A stretch of 64,000 nucleotides of DNA, taken from Felis catus. Taxonomy: Eukaryota. Made by a program: the position numbers and the translations under genes. The stretch covers positions 98,644,001-98,708,000 of the forward strand of contig NC_058368.1 of assembly GCF_018350175.1 (NCBI RefSeq), read 5' to 3'. This document shows, in pieces, positions 40,053 through 53,666 of this stretch. The notes beneath the pieces were generated by a model that saw only the letters and a list, made by a program, of their open reading frames with translations, did no database searches and was not told the DNA's origin. Numbering within the stretch: position 1 is the stretch's first letter; each line of letters starts with the position of its first letter.

Positions 40053-40511
40053 CAGTAGTCTACCTCATCCATGGGGAGTACTCTCCAGGACCTCCAGTGG
40101 AGGCTCGAAACCATGCATAGTACCAAACACATATACTATGCGTTTTTCTATACGTACATGCTTTACGATGAAGTTTATTAATTGGACACAGTGAGAGATT
40201 AATAATAATAATAATAAAATAGAACAATTGTAGTAATATACTGTAGTAAAAGTTATGTGAATGTGGTCTCTCTCAAAATACCATAGTGTATTGTACTCAC
40301 CCTTCTCCTGGTGATGGTGTGAGATGATAAAATGCCTGTGTGATGAGACTGAGCGAGGTGAATGTCGCAAGCATTGTGACGTAGCTAATGTAGTCTTAGG
40401 CTGCTGTTGACCTTCAGATCATACGTCAGGAGGCTCATCTTCTTCAGACCACAGCTCACTGCAGGTAACTGAACTCTGGGAAGTAAAACTATGGCTCATG
40501 GGGAACTTCAG
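40053..40511. mobile_element. MER44-like MITE (Tigger7 derivative)
   Basis: cagtagtc...ccaggacctccagtggaggctcgaaacc...atagtacc...aaaagttatgtgaatgtggtctctctcaaaata. Confidence 0.85.
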
Positions 40512-40936
40512 CATTTTCCACATATTATGTTGATACAACTTCTTTCTTCAGTGCTCTCTTGAGACACCCTGACCTAAAACACCTGTCAAATTTGAATTGA
40601 TGCTGTTTTTGTTCTTATTGAGGATATTCTGGTAGGTGATTTTTACTTTTATGATTGGCCTCTCTTATTAAGACAGCTGTTTCCCTACATTGTCTCCACA
40701 TTACAATTTGAATTTGAAAATTTTTATGTTAGAAAGTAAAAAAAAAAAAAGTCTCTCGATGTTATCTCTCAGAAGGGAAGTAGTACACATACTCTGGCAA
40801 TTAGAAGACATTTACATTGCACTTCAAAATTATCCTATCACAATGTCTGTAGGCCATCACTTGTGCTGAGCCAAGTATGGCCTACATAGGTTCTTGTCTT
40901 TTTATACTTTCTTCTTTCAAAATGTGGTTGTTTCAG

Positions 40937-40991
40937 GCACCAGTCAAAGAAGCGAAAAGGAAATCGGCAGAATATATTGAGATGCCATTTG
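40937..40991 (+). other. Candidate 55-nt internal exon of an unidentified gene
   Basis: Pyrimidine-rich tract, then tttcag|GCAC...TTG|gtatgt; purine-rich, non-repeat, two open frames. Confidence 0.4.
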
Positions 40992-41687
40992 GTATGTGGC
41001 CATGGATTGGTGATACCCCATGGATAGGGGGCATTTCAGAGGCAGGAATGCTTTGCATCATAGACTGATGCTAATTCTACCATGGCAGGGGAAGCTGGTG
41101 ACTTCAGAGCCTGCTGCTTTATTTCCCATTTTAGCAATTACCATATGGCTCATATGGTACCTACCAGCAGGCTTTGCCAAGCAGGGCCACTGAGTAGCCT
41201 GTGGCATTTTGAACATCCCGCTGGGTCTGTATCATAACCAAGAATGATTTCTATTGTTAGCAAAATCTGTGAGCAATCCTCCTGAGGTGAATAGAACCCA
41301 GAGAGATGGCTTCTTTGGGGTTTCCCTGAGTCAGAGTCAAAAATTGGTGGAAAGAAATCTTTGGCAGCAGATATTTTTACATCACTGTACTGGAAAAGTC
41401 TTGGAGAAAACTGGTATGATGGAGAACATAGGCTGATTTGCTTAAACTAAATCCTTTTAGAAAGTCTACTTTGTTTGTTTCAAAACATCAATTTTGGTGT
41501 TTTATTTTTCTTATAAGTTATACAAACAATGGACGAATTCAATTAATTCCCCTTTAAGAGAAATTGGAACATTATTGATGGAGCAGAAATCTGCCCCACC
41601 ATCCACCAGTGTGGGCCCCCCCTCCTCCCTCTGCTCCCCACCCCCACAGACTTTTCTCCATAACTCCTTTTTTTTAGTAATCAATAC

Positions 41688-41693
41688 TTTATT

Positions 41694-41745
<52 letters not shown>
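41688..41745. repeat. (TTTA)n tail of L1
   Basis: Direct reading. Confidence 0.95.
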
Positions 41746-42355
41746 ATTTATATCCAAGTTAGCATATAGTGCAACAATGATTTCAGGAGCAGATTACTAA
41801 ATGCCCTTTACCCATTTAGCCCATCCCCCCTCCCACAACCCCTCCAGTAGCCCTCTGCTTGTTCTCTATATTTAAGAGTCTCTGGTATTTTGTCCCCTCC
41901 CTGTTTTTATATTATTTTTGCTTCCCTTCCCTTGCGTTCATCTGTTTTGTGTTTTAAAGTGCTCACATGAGTGAAGTAATATATTTGTCTTTCTCTAATT
42001 TCGCTTAGCGTAATACCCTCTGGTTTATCCATGTAGTTGCAAATGGCAAGATTTCATTCTTTTTGATTGCTGAGTAATACTTCATTGTGTATATATATAC
42101 ATCTTCTTTATTCATTCATCCATCGATGGACATTTGGGCTCTTTCCATACTTTGGCTATTGTTGATAGTGCTGCTGTAAACACGGGGGTGCGTGTGTCCC
42201 TTCGAAACAGCACACCTGTATCCCACGGATAAATGCCTAGTAGTGCAATTGCTGAGTCGTAGGGTAGTTGTATTTTTAGTTTCTTGAGGAGTTTCCATAA
42301 TGTTTTCCAGAGTGGCTGTGCCAGTTTGCATTCCCACCAGCAGTGCAAAAGAGGA
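41745..42355 (-). mobile_element. Carnivore/felid L1 3' end, 5'-truncated
   Basis: ORF2 C-terminus [15 protein letters not shown]...[14 protein letters not shown]...WKEPKCPS; TSD tctccataac at 41655 and 42356. Confidence 0.93.
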
Positions 42356-42394
42356 TCTCCATAACCCTTAAGACTTAAGATTCTTAAGACTTTT

Positions 42395-42607
42395 GGGGTG
42401 CCTTTGGTGGCTCAGTTGGTTAAGTGTCTGACTCCTTGTTTTGGCCCAGGTCATGGTGTCATGGTTCATGGGTTCGAGCCCTGTATTGGGCTCTGTGCTG
42501 ACAGCGTGGAGCCTGCTTAGGATTCTCTCTCTCCGCGCCCCCCTCCCCTTCCACCCCCCAACCCTCTCACTCACTCTCCCTCAAACTAAATAAATAAACT
42601 TAAAAAA
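42395..42607 (+). mobile_element. Can-SINE
   Basis: Head, CT-rich linker, A tail; TSD aagactt. Confidence 0.93.
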
Positions 42608-42653
42608 AGACTTACAACTGTTGTTTATACTTTCATACACTTCTTTAAAAATC

Positions 42654-42656
<3 letters not shown>

Positions 42657-42701
<45 letters not shown>
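42657..42701. repeat. (TA)n microsatellite
   Basis: Direct reading. Confidence 0.97.
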
Positions 42702-42703
<2 letters not shown>

Positions 42704-43484
42704 ACTCCCATAGAAAAATACAGCTTTCTTTCTTTATAAAACATAAATGAAGGGGGAAAAACTTTCTATGTTGAAAATATACCTTAAAAAACCTCCAGGG
42801 TCTTTAAAAATATTGCAATTTCACAGTTTGCCTTTCCTTTAAAAAGTAGCTACATTTTTTTTTAAGATTGCTCTTTTTTTTTTTTAAGAGAAGTACTGTA
42901 GAGTATTCATGGTTAATATTTTGTAGATAATGAATGTTTGTAGTTTAAACTTGGTTTTCTGTCTGTCTCCCTTATTTCCAAAGAGAAGGGCCAGTGTTTG
43001 ACTTTTGTTTTGAGGACCAGGAGAACTGAATTCTAGCATCTTATCTGCAACTGTTCTCTCTGTGACCTTTCTGGGTGTGATCTCTCTGAGATCTACAAGG
43101 GCTTAGCTCTGAAGTTCTAAGATACCTCATAATGGAGCAGTGTGGTTGCAAATGGATCAGTATGCTTGAATTGAGTACCTTGTCTGTGGAAAATGTTGTA
43201 TGTCCATACAGTGAAAGATGGGTAGTTTTGTTGAGTTATTGGATCTTGAGTCAAATTGCCTGGATTTGAATTTTTCTTGTCTGTTTGTGGGTGTGCATGA
43301 TCCAGGAATGTGGTAATAAAAAGCCTAGTTATCTTTTCCGATATTAACTTTAGCAAAAGTTAAAGATGATGCTCTCATTTATATACTTAAATCTCTTAGT
43401 ACCTGTTGGATTTCTCACCTAAACCATCTCTTGTACCAACAGTGAAATAGCAGCTGTTTGATTGCTTGTTCTAGGTCCTATTTA

Positions 43485-43713
43485 TTTTATTTTTTTTTAA
43501 TTTTAATGTTTATTTTTGAGAAAGAGAGAGACAGAGTGTGAACAGGGGAGGGGCAGAGAGAGAGAGAGGGAGACACAGAATCTGAAGCAGGCTCCAGTCT
43601 ACATGCTCTGAGCTGTTAGCACAGAGCCCAACGTGGGGCTCGAACTCACAAACCGCGAGATCATGACCTGAGCCAAAGTCAGATGCTTAACCAACTGAGC
43701 CACCCAGGCACCC
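43485..43713 (-). mobile_element. Can-SINE
   Basis: TSD ggtcct(a/g)tttattt. Confidence 0.95.
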
Positions 43714-44129
43714 TGGTCCTGTTTATTTCAAAGAGAAAACTGTGCCAGCTATTTTATTGGGCCTTTAAGATCTGGGAAGATGACATAATAAGTAGGATTC
43801 TTAACTTCCCGGAGTCCTCGACAAACAGACACACACAGCAGCTTCGTAATTACAGATTACAGTTATTATGGAAGGAAAGAGTTGGATGCAGTGGAGGATG
43901 AGGACATACCCATTGGGGTAGGAATCCTGTCTCAGGGCGAGTTTCTGAGGAACTGACATGGCAGCTGTTTTAGGGATGGGCTAGCTGGGGCAAACCTAAG
44001 AGGAGGGAGGAATGCAGATGAATGCATTGAGATAGGAAGACCTCCTCATAATCTAAGAAGTGGAGACAAGGTACCTGCAGCAACATAGTGATACTGGGAA
44101 AGAATCGTGCAAGGTAACCTAGAGAGCAT

Positions 44130-44225
44130 GTAATGGACTCTGTGAGAGTAGGGGCTATGTCTGGTATCGCTCACTGTTGTATCTCCAGACTCCATTCTGC
44201 CGAATGAATGAGCAAACGAACGAAG
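44130..44225 (+). mobile_element. L2 3' end fragment
   Basis: ctctgtgagagtaggggctatgtctgg...tcactgttgtatctccag...gaatgaatga. Confidence 0.6.
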
Positions 44226-44734
44226 AAAAGTGTGCCTGAGGTGACTGAAAGGAGCTGCCAACAGGTTAGCAAGAAAGCCATTTGGTGTGACAGAAGCACA
44301 ACATTTTTCAGGAAGAGAGGGATGTTCCTCCATTGCCGCTGAGAAGTGAAGTGAGGTGGCATGAAAGGACCCCAGGTTCTAGTAGCCCTGAGGGGACACG
44401 TAACTCGTGGGAGAGGTTTCATTTGGGCAGTAGACTTAGCAGTCAAACTTGATTGGATTGTTAGGGATAGCAGTGGAGAATGGAGGTGGGATTCTCTTTT
44501 AGAAGCTGAAGGAAATCGTTTCAGATCAAAGAAGAGAGACACCAGAGCCTTTTAGTGCTCTAGGATAGGATCCAACTGAAAACAAAATACAGATGTAAGA
44601 GGTTGTAACATAGTAGGGGAATTGGTATCTTGAGGAATTGCTGAGAAGCAACACATTTTAGATTTTGGGTTTTTATTTTTTAATACCTGGTGACCTCATA
44701 TCCAGCTTCCCCTTTTTATAGGAGGATATCTAAA

Positions 44735-44925
44735 CTTTTTTTTTTTTTTTTTTTTTTAGAGAGAACATGAGTGGGAGAGGGGCAAAGGGAAAGAGAGAGA
44801 GTGTCAAGCAGGCTCCACACTCAACAAAGAGCCAACTGTGGGGCTCAGTCTCATGGCCCCGGGATCATGACCTGAGCCAAAACCAAGAACTGGGGACTCA
44901 ACTGACCGAGCCACCCAGGCACCCC
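44735..44925 (-). mobile_element. Can-SINE with pure poly(T) tail
   Basis: Ends gagccacccaggcacccc. Confidence 0.93.
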
Positions 44926-45473
44926 AATACTTCATCTTTTTGATTCACTCTTCTATATCTATATCCCTGAACTAATATTTTCTGTTGTTCTTTTCTAAAC
45001 CTTTTCTAGATACAGTTAATCCTGGACATTATTATTAAAAAGCTTATGAAAGGGTAGAATCAAATTTTCTATTTTTATATGATGATGTCCAATATCTTAT
45101 TAGAATATTTACCCACAGAATTTGATCCAGTTCCTGAACTTATAGTAAACTCAGAATAAAACAGAAGCAAGGCAGAGGGCCTCTACAGATTGATAACCTC
45201 TTCCCTTGGAAAGAACTTAGGTTGAACCTGAACTCAATTCATGTTGGTCCCCTATTCTAACAATAACTGAAACATTCAGTATTTTACTGTCTGTGGTGCC
45301 TTAACACTGGGTTTCCTTTGATATGGGTAAATATTTCATCATTTCAGTTTATTGTTCTCAACTGAACATCTTTTGTGAGTTGTCATGTATGTGTTACATT
45401 TGAAAAGCAGTCATAAACTAAAAACATGTCTAAGTGAAAATGGTAATCCTTTGTTTAAAACCTTGAAGGTCTT

Positions 45474-45680
45474 GGGGCACTTGTGTGGCTCAGTTGGTTA
45501 ACCATCAGACTCCTGATTTCGGCTCAGGTCTTGACCTTAAGGTTTGTGAGATCAAGCACCAAGTCAGACTCTGTGCTGACAGCATGGAGCCTGCTTGGAT
45601 TCTCTCTCTGCCCCTCCCGTGCTTGCGCACATACACATGTACTCTCTCTCTGAAAATAAATAAATATTTTTTAAAAATGA
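45474..45680 (+). mobile_element. Can-SINE
   Basis: Degenerate TSD aaac(c/t)ttga(a/t)ggtctt. Confidence 0.93.
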
Positions 45681-45804
45681 AACTTTGATGGTCTTATTTC
45701 TCCACTCGAAATTGCGTGTCTTCCTCCCCTTCCTCCATCTCACATTCCTACAGATTTTATTACACTTTTGTTAATTTCTTTGTTTTCTTTTATTTTTTGT
45801 CTCT

Positions 45805-45990
45805 TTTTTAAAAAAATAATGTTTATTTATTTTTGAAAGAGAGTTGGGGAGATGGACACAGAATCTGAAGCAGCCTCTGGATTCTGAGCTGTCAGCACAG
45901 AGCCTGACATAGGGCTTGAACCCAGGAGCCATGAGATCATGACTTGAGCTAAAGTCGGACACTTAGCTGACTGATCCACCTAGGTGCCCC
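45805..45990 (-). mobile_element. Can-SINE
   Basis: Ends ccacctaggtgcccc. Confidence 0.92.
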
Positions 45991-45999
45991 TCTTTTCTT

Positions 46000-46201
46000 T
46001 TCTCTTTTTTTTATTTTTTATTTTTTATTTTAGAGAGAGAGAGAGCACCAGAGAAAGGGGCACTGGGAGAGAGAGAATCTCAAGCAGGCTTCACCCTCAG
46101 TGTGGAGCCCAATGTGGGGCTCGATCCCATGACCTTGGGGTCATGACCTGAGCCAAAATCAAAACTCAGACACTCAACTGACTGAGCCACCCAGGCACCC
46201 C
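46000..46201 (-). mobile_element. Can-SINE
   Basis: Ends gagccacccaggcacccc. Confidence 0.93.
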
Positions 46202-46254
46202 TTATTTAATTTTTCTTGAAGTGAGCTATAGCAACTTTTCTTTTTTTTTAAGCA

Positions 46255-46610
46255 CAGTTTCATAGATCACGTTCCTTGGGAGATGGAGGTTTGTCTTCAA
46301 GAGGCTTATTTGGAAGTGCCTCTGGAAACACCTCTAAGGGAAGAACAGAAACAGGGTTAGGCCAAGGGAGAAGTTAAAACGTGCTATCATTGCAGCAGTG
46401 GGTTTACCTAGTTCCAGAGGAAGTGCTGAACTCACCATGGTTCTTCAGAGAGGTCCGATGTGAAGCCAGGGCCTTTGTTATCTCCCCTTCAACCAGACCT
46501 TGAGTAGGCAGTGCTTCCCTAATGGAATGTCACCTTGGATGGGACAGCTCCCTTGGTTCAGGGCGATTCCTGGAAAGGACTCAATTATAAATTGTCAGCA
46601 GGCATCTGGT
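46255..46610 (-). mobile_element. ERVL solo LTR (LTR16-like)
   Basis: gagatggaggtttg...gaggcttatttggaagtgc...agggagaagtt...agggcgattcctgga resembles LTR16 in reverse. Confidence 0.7.
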
Positions 46611-47044
46611 GGTATTATTCTTCTGTTCTGAATAGAGAAAGTAGGCAGCATCCAGAATTGAATTTACAACAATTGTAGTGAGGGAAAGAAGGAAAAACCT
46701 GCAATAAATCAGAAATGAGTTTAAGGACAGAGGAAACAAATAATAGGTTTTCAAAGAGTCTTCATTTTCTGTCTTCAAAGTATGTTAAGATCCATACTAT
46801 ATAAAATGTGTGTGGCCTGGGATCATTCACTTTTCTTAGAATAATCAGAGAGAACATATCTTTAGGTTTTAATATTCTATAGATTTCTGGATTTGTTGTT
46901 GTTATCGCGATAGCTGTAATGGAATGTGCACACTGTGTTTCTGCATGTTACATGTGCACACTCACACACCCTAGATCATAAGTCTGCCTGCCTTTATGAG
47001 ACTCATTTTTCTGGTGGAACGTTGAGCCTGTTATCTGCCTTTTT

Positions 47045-47269
47045 TTTTTTAATTTTTTTTTCAACGTTTATTTATTATTTTTGGGACAGAGAGAGACAGA
47101 GCATGAACGGGGGAGGGGCAGAGAGAGAGAGGGAGACACAGAATCGGAAACAGGCTCCAGGCTCTGAGCCATCAGCCCAGGGCCTGACGTGGGGCTCGAA
47201 CTCCCGGACCGCGAGATCGTGACCTGGCTGAAGTCGGACGCTTAACCGACTGCGCCACCCAGGCGCCCC
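47045..47269 (-). mobile_element. Young felid-type Can-SINE
   Basis: CpG-rich; TSD tgttatctgccttttt at 47029 and 47270. Confidence 0.97.
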
Positions 47270-49288
47270 TGTTATCTGCCTTTTGACTTCATTTAGAATC
47301 AGAAAGCATGAATCCCAACCTCTCTTATTCTAAATTAACTTCAAAGGAGTGCCTTGAATGATTTACTTTTTAAGTCTTTTCATTTATTTGTTTCTATTTT
47401 AAAGGGGTGGACTTTATAACTTGTGCGTTTCTAGAAAATAATGCATCTGATCATTTCACCTATTTATGACTCTGGTCTAATTAACCATTAGCTCTGTGTT
47501 GGGGTGATAAAAACATATGGAACTTTTTTAAGTGTGTTTGCCTCTATGATAGATAGATTTCAATAGAATAACTCAACTATAGCCTGTAATACTGAATGTG
47601 TTATTTAATAGCCAACATTATTTTAATATTTATTTACTAATGGGGCAAATGCTGCTTTGAATTTCATATATTAACTTTGCCGTAGCACAGATCCATATAA
47701 TAAATTCATTTGTATTTGGGAATATTATAGTTAAACACCATTTAGTATTGACATCAGTGAATATAATTTATTTACTTCATACTGTTTAATTTCTTTTCAT
47801 ATGTAGCAGTGTTTTTTGAATATAAAAATTATTAATATTTTATGATTTAATGTTTATTTTCAATTGGATTTTTTCTTAGAACTTTGTAATTTACTGTAGT
47901 TATAACCCTCTACAGTGAGTGCTTTATCATGCTTGAATTTATATGCCTTTTAAATTAACAAACATATATTTCCTGGTGGAACTCACACTCTGTCAACGTT
48001 TTCAGAGAGTGTATTCTTCCTGTGACTCATTTATTGATTATTTTGTAACCCAACTCATACCACAAAGATTTGAGATACTATTTAAAAAGCTATCTCCTAA
48101 AAGTGGAATAAAGAAGAAATAGATGATTAAAATCAAGAGAAATATAAACAAGTAATAACTGAAGACCAGACAAGAGAATATTCATATGTAGACCACAGGG
48201 ATCAAAGTGGTTCCTGAAGTTAAGCTTGCAACTTGGCTCTGTGTTTTTCAGAAGTCAAAATAGAAAGGATACAATTTCTCAGTTATGTAGATTCACCAAT
48301 AGAGAAAGCGATGACATTATTTTCAACTTGCAGAGAAGGAAATTGAGACACAGACATTTATGTAATCTGCCTAATATAGCCTGTCCAGTGTGAATCAGGA
48401 TTCCAGGAGTTAAGCTGAGTTCTGTGCCGCATTCTTTCTTTACCTTTCTCTATGGAATAGTTTTCAACAGCCACCCCTAAAAAAATCTGTACATAACACA
48501 TAGTACCAGAATCTAGAGTTTCTTGTTGCTGAATTATTGTTCTGAAAAAGATCTTACAAGGATAGTGTGTCTTTGTTTATACGTCTTCCTTAGTAAAGAC
48601 ATGACATGTCTCATGTGCAAGCTACAAAATGAAGTGAGCATGAAAAAATTTGGATACTTGAGAAGATACCACACTTGATTTTCATTGACATCCAAACAAT
48701 GAGGTTGAACATCTGAAACGGCTGATGTGTAACCAATTTTTAACCCACAAAATGGCAATTCCATTATGGTTTAACTTAATATCAAGAGTGATATCTTAAA
48801 GATATGATAATATAGAAATGTGTTGTCAGTAGGGTACTGTGGAGACTTCCTTTAAAAGATTCTATAATTCTGCTTTTCCAGTCTGTAAGTATCCTTGAAA
48901 ATTTTCCATATTATTGTCTGTATAAGGCAACTTGTCATGGCGACACACTGTTTCTTGTGAGACTTAATTTCCTCATTTCTAATGTGGACTTACAGAGATA
49001 AGGAAATAAATATGTTTGATGGTCTTGTTTACTGCAAAGTGATCAGTAAATGTGAGAGGGCTCTATTATATATTTAAATACACTAAATGACGTTGCCTTC
49101 AAGTTCACGCACTTAATAACTCAAGCTATACCACAAGGCCCTATTATAGCTCCTTATTCCTGACACTTCTTGAACTGTATCTAGACTTAACCTTAATAAA
49201 TTAAATACAAATTGTAACTCCACCACTGTTTTTCTTTTTTCTTCCCCACTTTTAATGTATGCTGCCTTGCTACACTTTAAGAATCTTT

Positions 49289-49518
49289 ATTTTTTTATAT
49301 TTTTTTAAATTTTTTTAACATTTATTCATTTTTGAGAGACAGAGACAGAGCGCGAGTAGGGGAGGAGCAGAGAGAGAGGGAGACACAGAATCCAAAGCAG
49401 GATGCAGGCTCTGAACTGTCAGCACAGAGCCTGATGGGGGGGCTTGAACCCACGAACTGTGAGATCTTGACAGGAACTGAAGTCGGATGCTTCCCTGACA
49501 GAGCCACCTGGGTGCCCC
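49289..49518 (-). mobile_element. Can-SINE
   Basis: TSD tttaagaatcttt. Confidence 0.94.
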
Positions 49519-49709
49519 TTTAAGAATCTTTCTAAGCCATCTCAGTTTTTTTCCAGAACATGACTGATTATAAATAAATACATTATTAAGTAGATGTGCC
49601 ACTTCAAACCATTCATTTGGATGCTCCACTCCGGATATGCAGTAGTGACTTAATTTAAGATCACATGATTTTCCTTAGCAGCAACAGCAATAATGCATTA
49701 TTTTATTTT

Positions 49710-49893
49710 ATTCTTTTTTATTATTTTTTAAAGATTTACTTATTTATTTTGAGAGAGGAGGAAGTGAAAGGGCAGAGAGAGAGAGAATCCCAAGCAGACT
49801 CTGCACTGTCAGTGAACCCGTGAACCATGAGATCGTGACCGGAGTTGAAATCAAAAGTCAGACACTTAACCGACTGAGCCACCCAGGCGCCCC
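49710..49893 (-). mobile_element. Can-SINE with internal deletion
   Basis: Ends gagccacccaggcgcccc; degenerate TSD tgc(a/c)ttatttta. Confidence 0.92.
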
Positions 49894-51844
49894 AGTACTG
49901 CCTTATTTTAGTAACTACCAGATAGGAAATTCTGCTAGGTATCATGAGGGCTGTTGTCTTGCTAAATCTGCACCCACGAATAAGTAATATAGACAAAATG
50001 GATGCACACAGAGCAGTTACATGTCAGTGTTTGTAAGTTATTAGTGCACTTTGAGAAACAAGCCTTGGCAAAGACTCAATGTGCAGTTCAAAGGGTCAAG
50101 TTGGTGTAATAGATGTTAGGCATAAACTTTTTTTTTTTAACGAGGCAATGGATGAATTACTGGGTAATGATAAGTTTTCTCCCTTTTTGGAGAATTTCAA
50201 GTGTTTAAGAAGAAACAACCTTTTTGGAAAAGTGTTTCCCCACGCAATCATAAGATCTGAAGAGAATTCTGATTTAATTCGTTCTTCTATGGATGGAGCC
50301 AGAGGACAGTCAGGTCTGCACTTCCGGACCTAGTCTTTCTGTTCAGAGGGGCAAGGCGTCCAGGGAATGACCTGTGAAGAAAGTGTTAAATGTTTCCCAG
50401 AGCCTTTGTGGGCCTGGGCAATAAAGTTTCATCCTGTGGCCACCTTCTCATCATTACTGTGAGCCTTGCAGACTTTCTTCCCTTCATACAGTAGGTCCTG
50501 CCCAGACCCACTGTTCCCAAGGAGAACACAGATCAGGCCACCCAGTCCCTTGTTATCCCTCAATCCATTTTACAGCTGCTTTCAGATCTGCATGTCTTCC
50601 AAAAGCATGCTATTTAAATATAATTATATACCTTTCATTCCATTTTTGACTTCTGGAATATATTTCTGTGCCTTATATATTTTCTCGAAAGGCAACAAAT
50701 CCAGGAAATAACATGAATCATTGCAGGTGTGCTTCATTTATTCATCTCATAGTCTACACCTTGAGCTCCATTGTGTTATAAACCCTGGGTTGGAGCACAT
50801 CTTTGGAAATATGGCCAGTGCTGTATATACTAGTTCAGCTCTCTCCCAGAGATTAGTAGTCAGAAAATAATATTGCCTGTAAATGCAATAATTGCTTAAA
50901 TCACGTCCTTAAAGACTTAGAACCATCTGATCTCAGGAAACTCACAGCAAAGTAGCCAATGAAAGAATATGTAGTAATTATGTTTCAAGAATTTACAAGC
51001 ATTTCCAGACTATATCTAGGGTTTTTAGTGAAATCGTTATAGCACAAGTGTCCCAACTATTTCAGATGAGCCTTTGATGAAAATCATTAATGTGTGATCT
51101 GATCAGCCAGTATCAGAATCATTTGATCATCTTGGGCCACCATTCAGACAGCATTCTTCTCTAGATTGTGTCACTGTGTAAATGTATTTTAGAACTTTGA
51201 AATCATGGAAACATAGAGTTGGAAGAAACTTGAGTAATCATCAGAGTAAAAATCGTCACCAACTCGTAAACTCCTGGTTATGTAAAATGAAACCAGTGTC
51301 ACTCGGCGAGTTAATGGTTGAAGTGGGTTGATAATCTAGGTTTCCCTACTGCTAACACATTGCCTTTCCTGATCAATTAATGTGTACTTCCTGTGATTCT
51401 GGATAGGTCTTCACTTTGATGGGAAATGGCTCCCAGGGTTAAAGCCTGCTTAGGTTAGTCCCCAAGTGGAAGATGCAGTAAATAAGCTCCCCAGCTCCCT
51501 TGATCAGAGCTCCTCACTTCAAGAAAGCACGTCAAGCCTTTGACCCTGGCAGCACCAGCTCATGTGCGTGGTTCTCACTTGGATGTTTGCCTTTGTCCAG
51601 AGTTGCATTCTGGACTTTGTGATTTAAAGAAGGTCAGGGTGCCAGAAGTTCAAATTAGCATTGGGACATAGTTGTTGCTACACTTCTAAATCTCCCTGCC
51701 AGTGTGAGTGGTTCTGAATGGGGGGTGGGGTGGTAGAGGTTCAACAGCATTGACTTGCTACCTGTAGCACCAATGGAAACTGGAGATAGTGAAAGGAAAT
51801 TCCCCGAAGGAGAGGGTAAACAACAGGAGAAACGCTCTCTGTGA

Positions 51845-52030
51845 CTAAGAATGGGGGTCAGGAGTCAAAGTCAGCTGTGCCCCATACTAGCTCTATGTCT
51901 TATGTAAGCTGGTGAGCCTTTCAGGGCCTCCATTTCATCATCTTTAAACAGGAGCAATGCTTACTTCGTGTGGTTGGTGAAGGTCTTCAAGTCTAATAAT
52001 TAGTAGGTATTCAGTCAGTTCCAGTAATGA
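51845..52030 (+). mobile_element. MIR SINE
   Basis: tactagctctatgtct...gagcctttcagggcctccatttcatcatctttaaa. Confidence 0.65.
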
Positions 52031-52179
52031 GTACTGATTTGAAAATAGTAATACTGTACTTGTTTTAGCAAGAAAGTGCAGGTAGAGGAGTTACCACTTA
52101 GAACTTTTACTTAATATGCATTGCAACAAGCAGAAAAACGAATACACATATAAGTATACAAATATATATTTGAAAACAT

Positions 52180-52199
52180 ACACACACACACACACACAC

Positions 52200-52241
<42 letters not shown>
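52180..52241. repeat. Interrupted (CA)n microsatellite
   Basis: Direct reading. Confidence 0.95.
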
Positions 52242-52244
<3 letters not shown>

Positions 52245-52570
52245 TACAATATATATAGTAACTTGTTCTGCAACTGTTCCACAACATGAGCAAACATTTC
52301 TAATAAATTCTAACTGGATAAACGAGTGATGTCTTGCAATATGAGTAGTACGTGATGCCGAATGTCACATGATCAAAACTGAGTCAATGGTTCTTGAAAT
52401 TTGCTTTGATATAAGGTGCTTTGGATTTCAAGCATGTCTCTGGATTGAATTATGCTTACAAAATAAGGTTTAATTGTAGACTGAAACTTCCAGAGTTCTT
52501 GCATTAATTAACTACTGTGGAGGTTTTCCTTTGCATTCCGTGGAACGTCTCCAGCTGTGTTCCCTTAAAG

Positions 52571-52955
52571 CGGGATCAGCAAACCTTTTCTGTAAAGGGC
52601 CAGATAGCAATTATTTTAGGTTCTGTGGGCTCAAGAGTCCAAATCAAGAGCATAATGTGGATGCTTATATAACAAACACATTTCCACAAATTTTATTGAT
52701 GAAATTCAAAATAGAATCATAATTGAGTACAAGTTTTTGCAACAAATCTACTGATAAGAAGTTGAACTCTTTTTTTGGGAGGAAACAACATTTTCCTTAA
52801 TCATAGTTCAAAGTTATCACCCCTTATCATCAAAGTGATTGCTAACATTCATTGGTAAAAACCATTCTTAGCTAATGGGCTGTACAAACAGGCGGTGGGC
52901 TGGATTTGGCTCTCAGGCTGGATTTGGCTCATGGGTTGCAATTTGCTGACCCCCA
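52571..52955 (+). mobile_element. MER58-family hAT-Charlie MITE
   Basis: tcagcaaaccttttctgtaaagggccagatag ... ggctggatttggc...tttgctgacccc; 8-bp TSD ccttaaag/tcttaaag. Confidence 0.85.
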
Positions 52956-53629
52956 TCTTAAAGGATTAAAGAAGCAGAAGATCCATGAGAGATTCTGATC
53001 AAGTTAACATATTAGCAAGGAACAGTTTGAGTCACCTCTGGCTAATTTTGGGTCATGAAGTTAAAAGTAAAGCTATAATAGTGTCTGAACTTATTTAGAT
53101 GTAGAGTGCATTTGGAAACAAAACTTGGGACTATGCCATGGGTTCTCTGGTTTCTGGAAGGCTCTAGAATCTACAACTGAGTATTCTTTCTTTTTTTATG
53201 TTTTCTTGAACTTTCTGCTCAGAGGGTAGGACAGGGTTGACACATGCCTTCTTATGTGCATGTTCTCAGATGTTGGGGCCATTTTAGAAGAAGAAGAGAG
53301 AAAAAAGACATCAAAGTCAGTGCTGAGGGATGTTTGTTTTAGTTCCTGTATTAGAGCAACACGTAGCCTGGAAGTGAAAACAGACAAGAATAAAAATTAC
53401 CTTTCCCCTTTATGCCTAATGGATAAACAGTATGAAGAAATGAAGGGAAATCCACAGCTATTTCATAGAACTCTTTGTTAAATGATTTTTTAAAAATGCC
53501 AAATTAAGTTAATGAATATTATTTTAGATAAAAATCAGACAGGAAAGGCATGCAGAAGCCCTAATAGTGATAGAAACCTAGCTGTTCCTGCTGTGCCTTG
53601 AGTATCTTGTGCACCTGGACTGGTATCTC

Positions 53630-53630
<1 letters not shown>

Positions 53631-53665
<35 letters not shown>
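53631..53665. repeat. (CTG)11 trinucleotide repeat
   Basis: Direct reading. Confidence 0.97.

Positions 53666-53666
<1 letters not shown>

Noticed and set aside
39643..40194. Longest ORF (183 aa)
   Set aside because: Starts at GTG, runs into a MER44-like MITE and has no recognisable domain; likely chance
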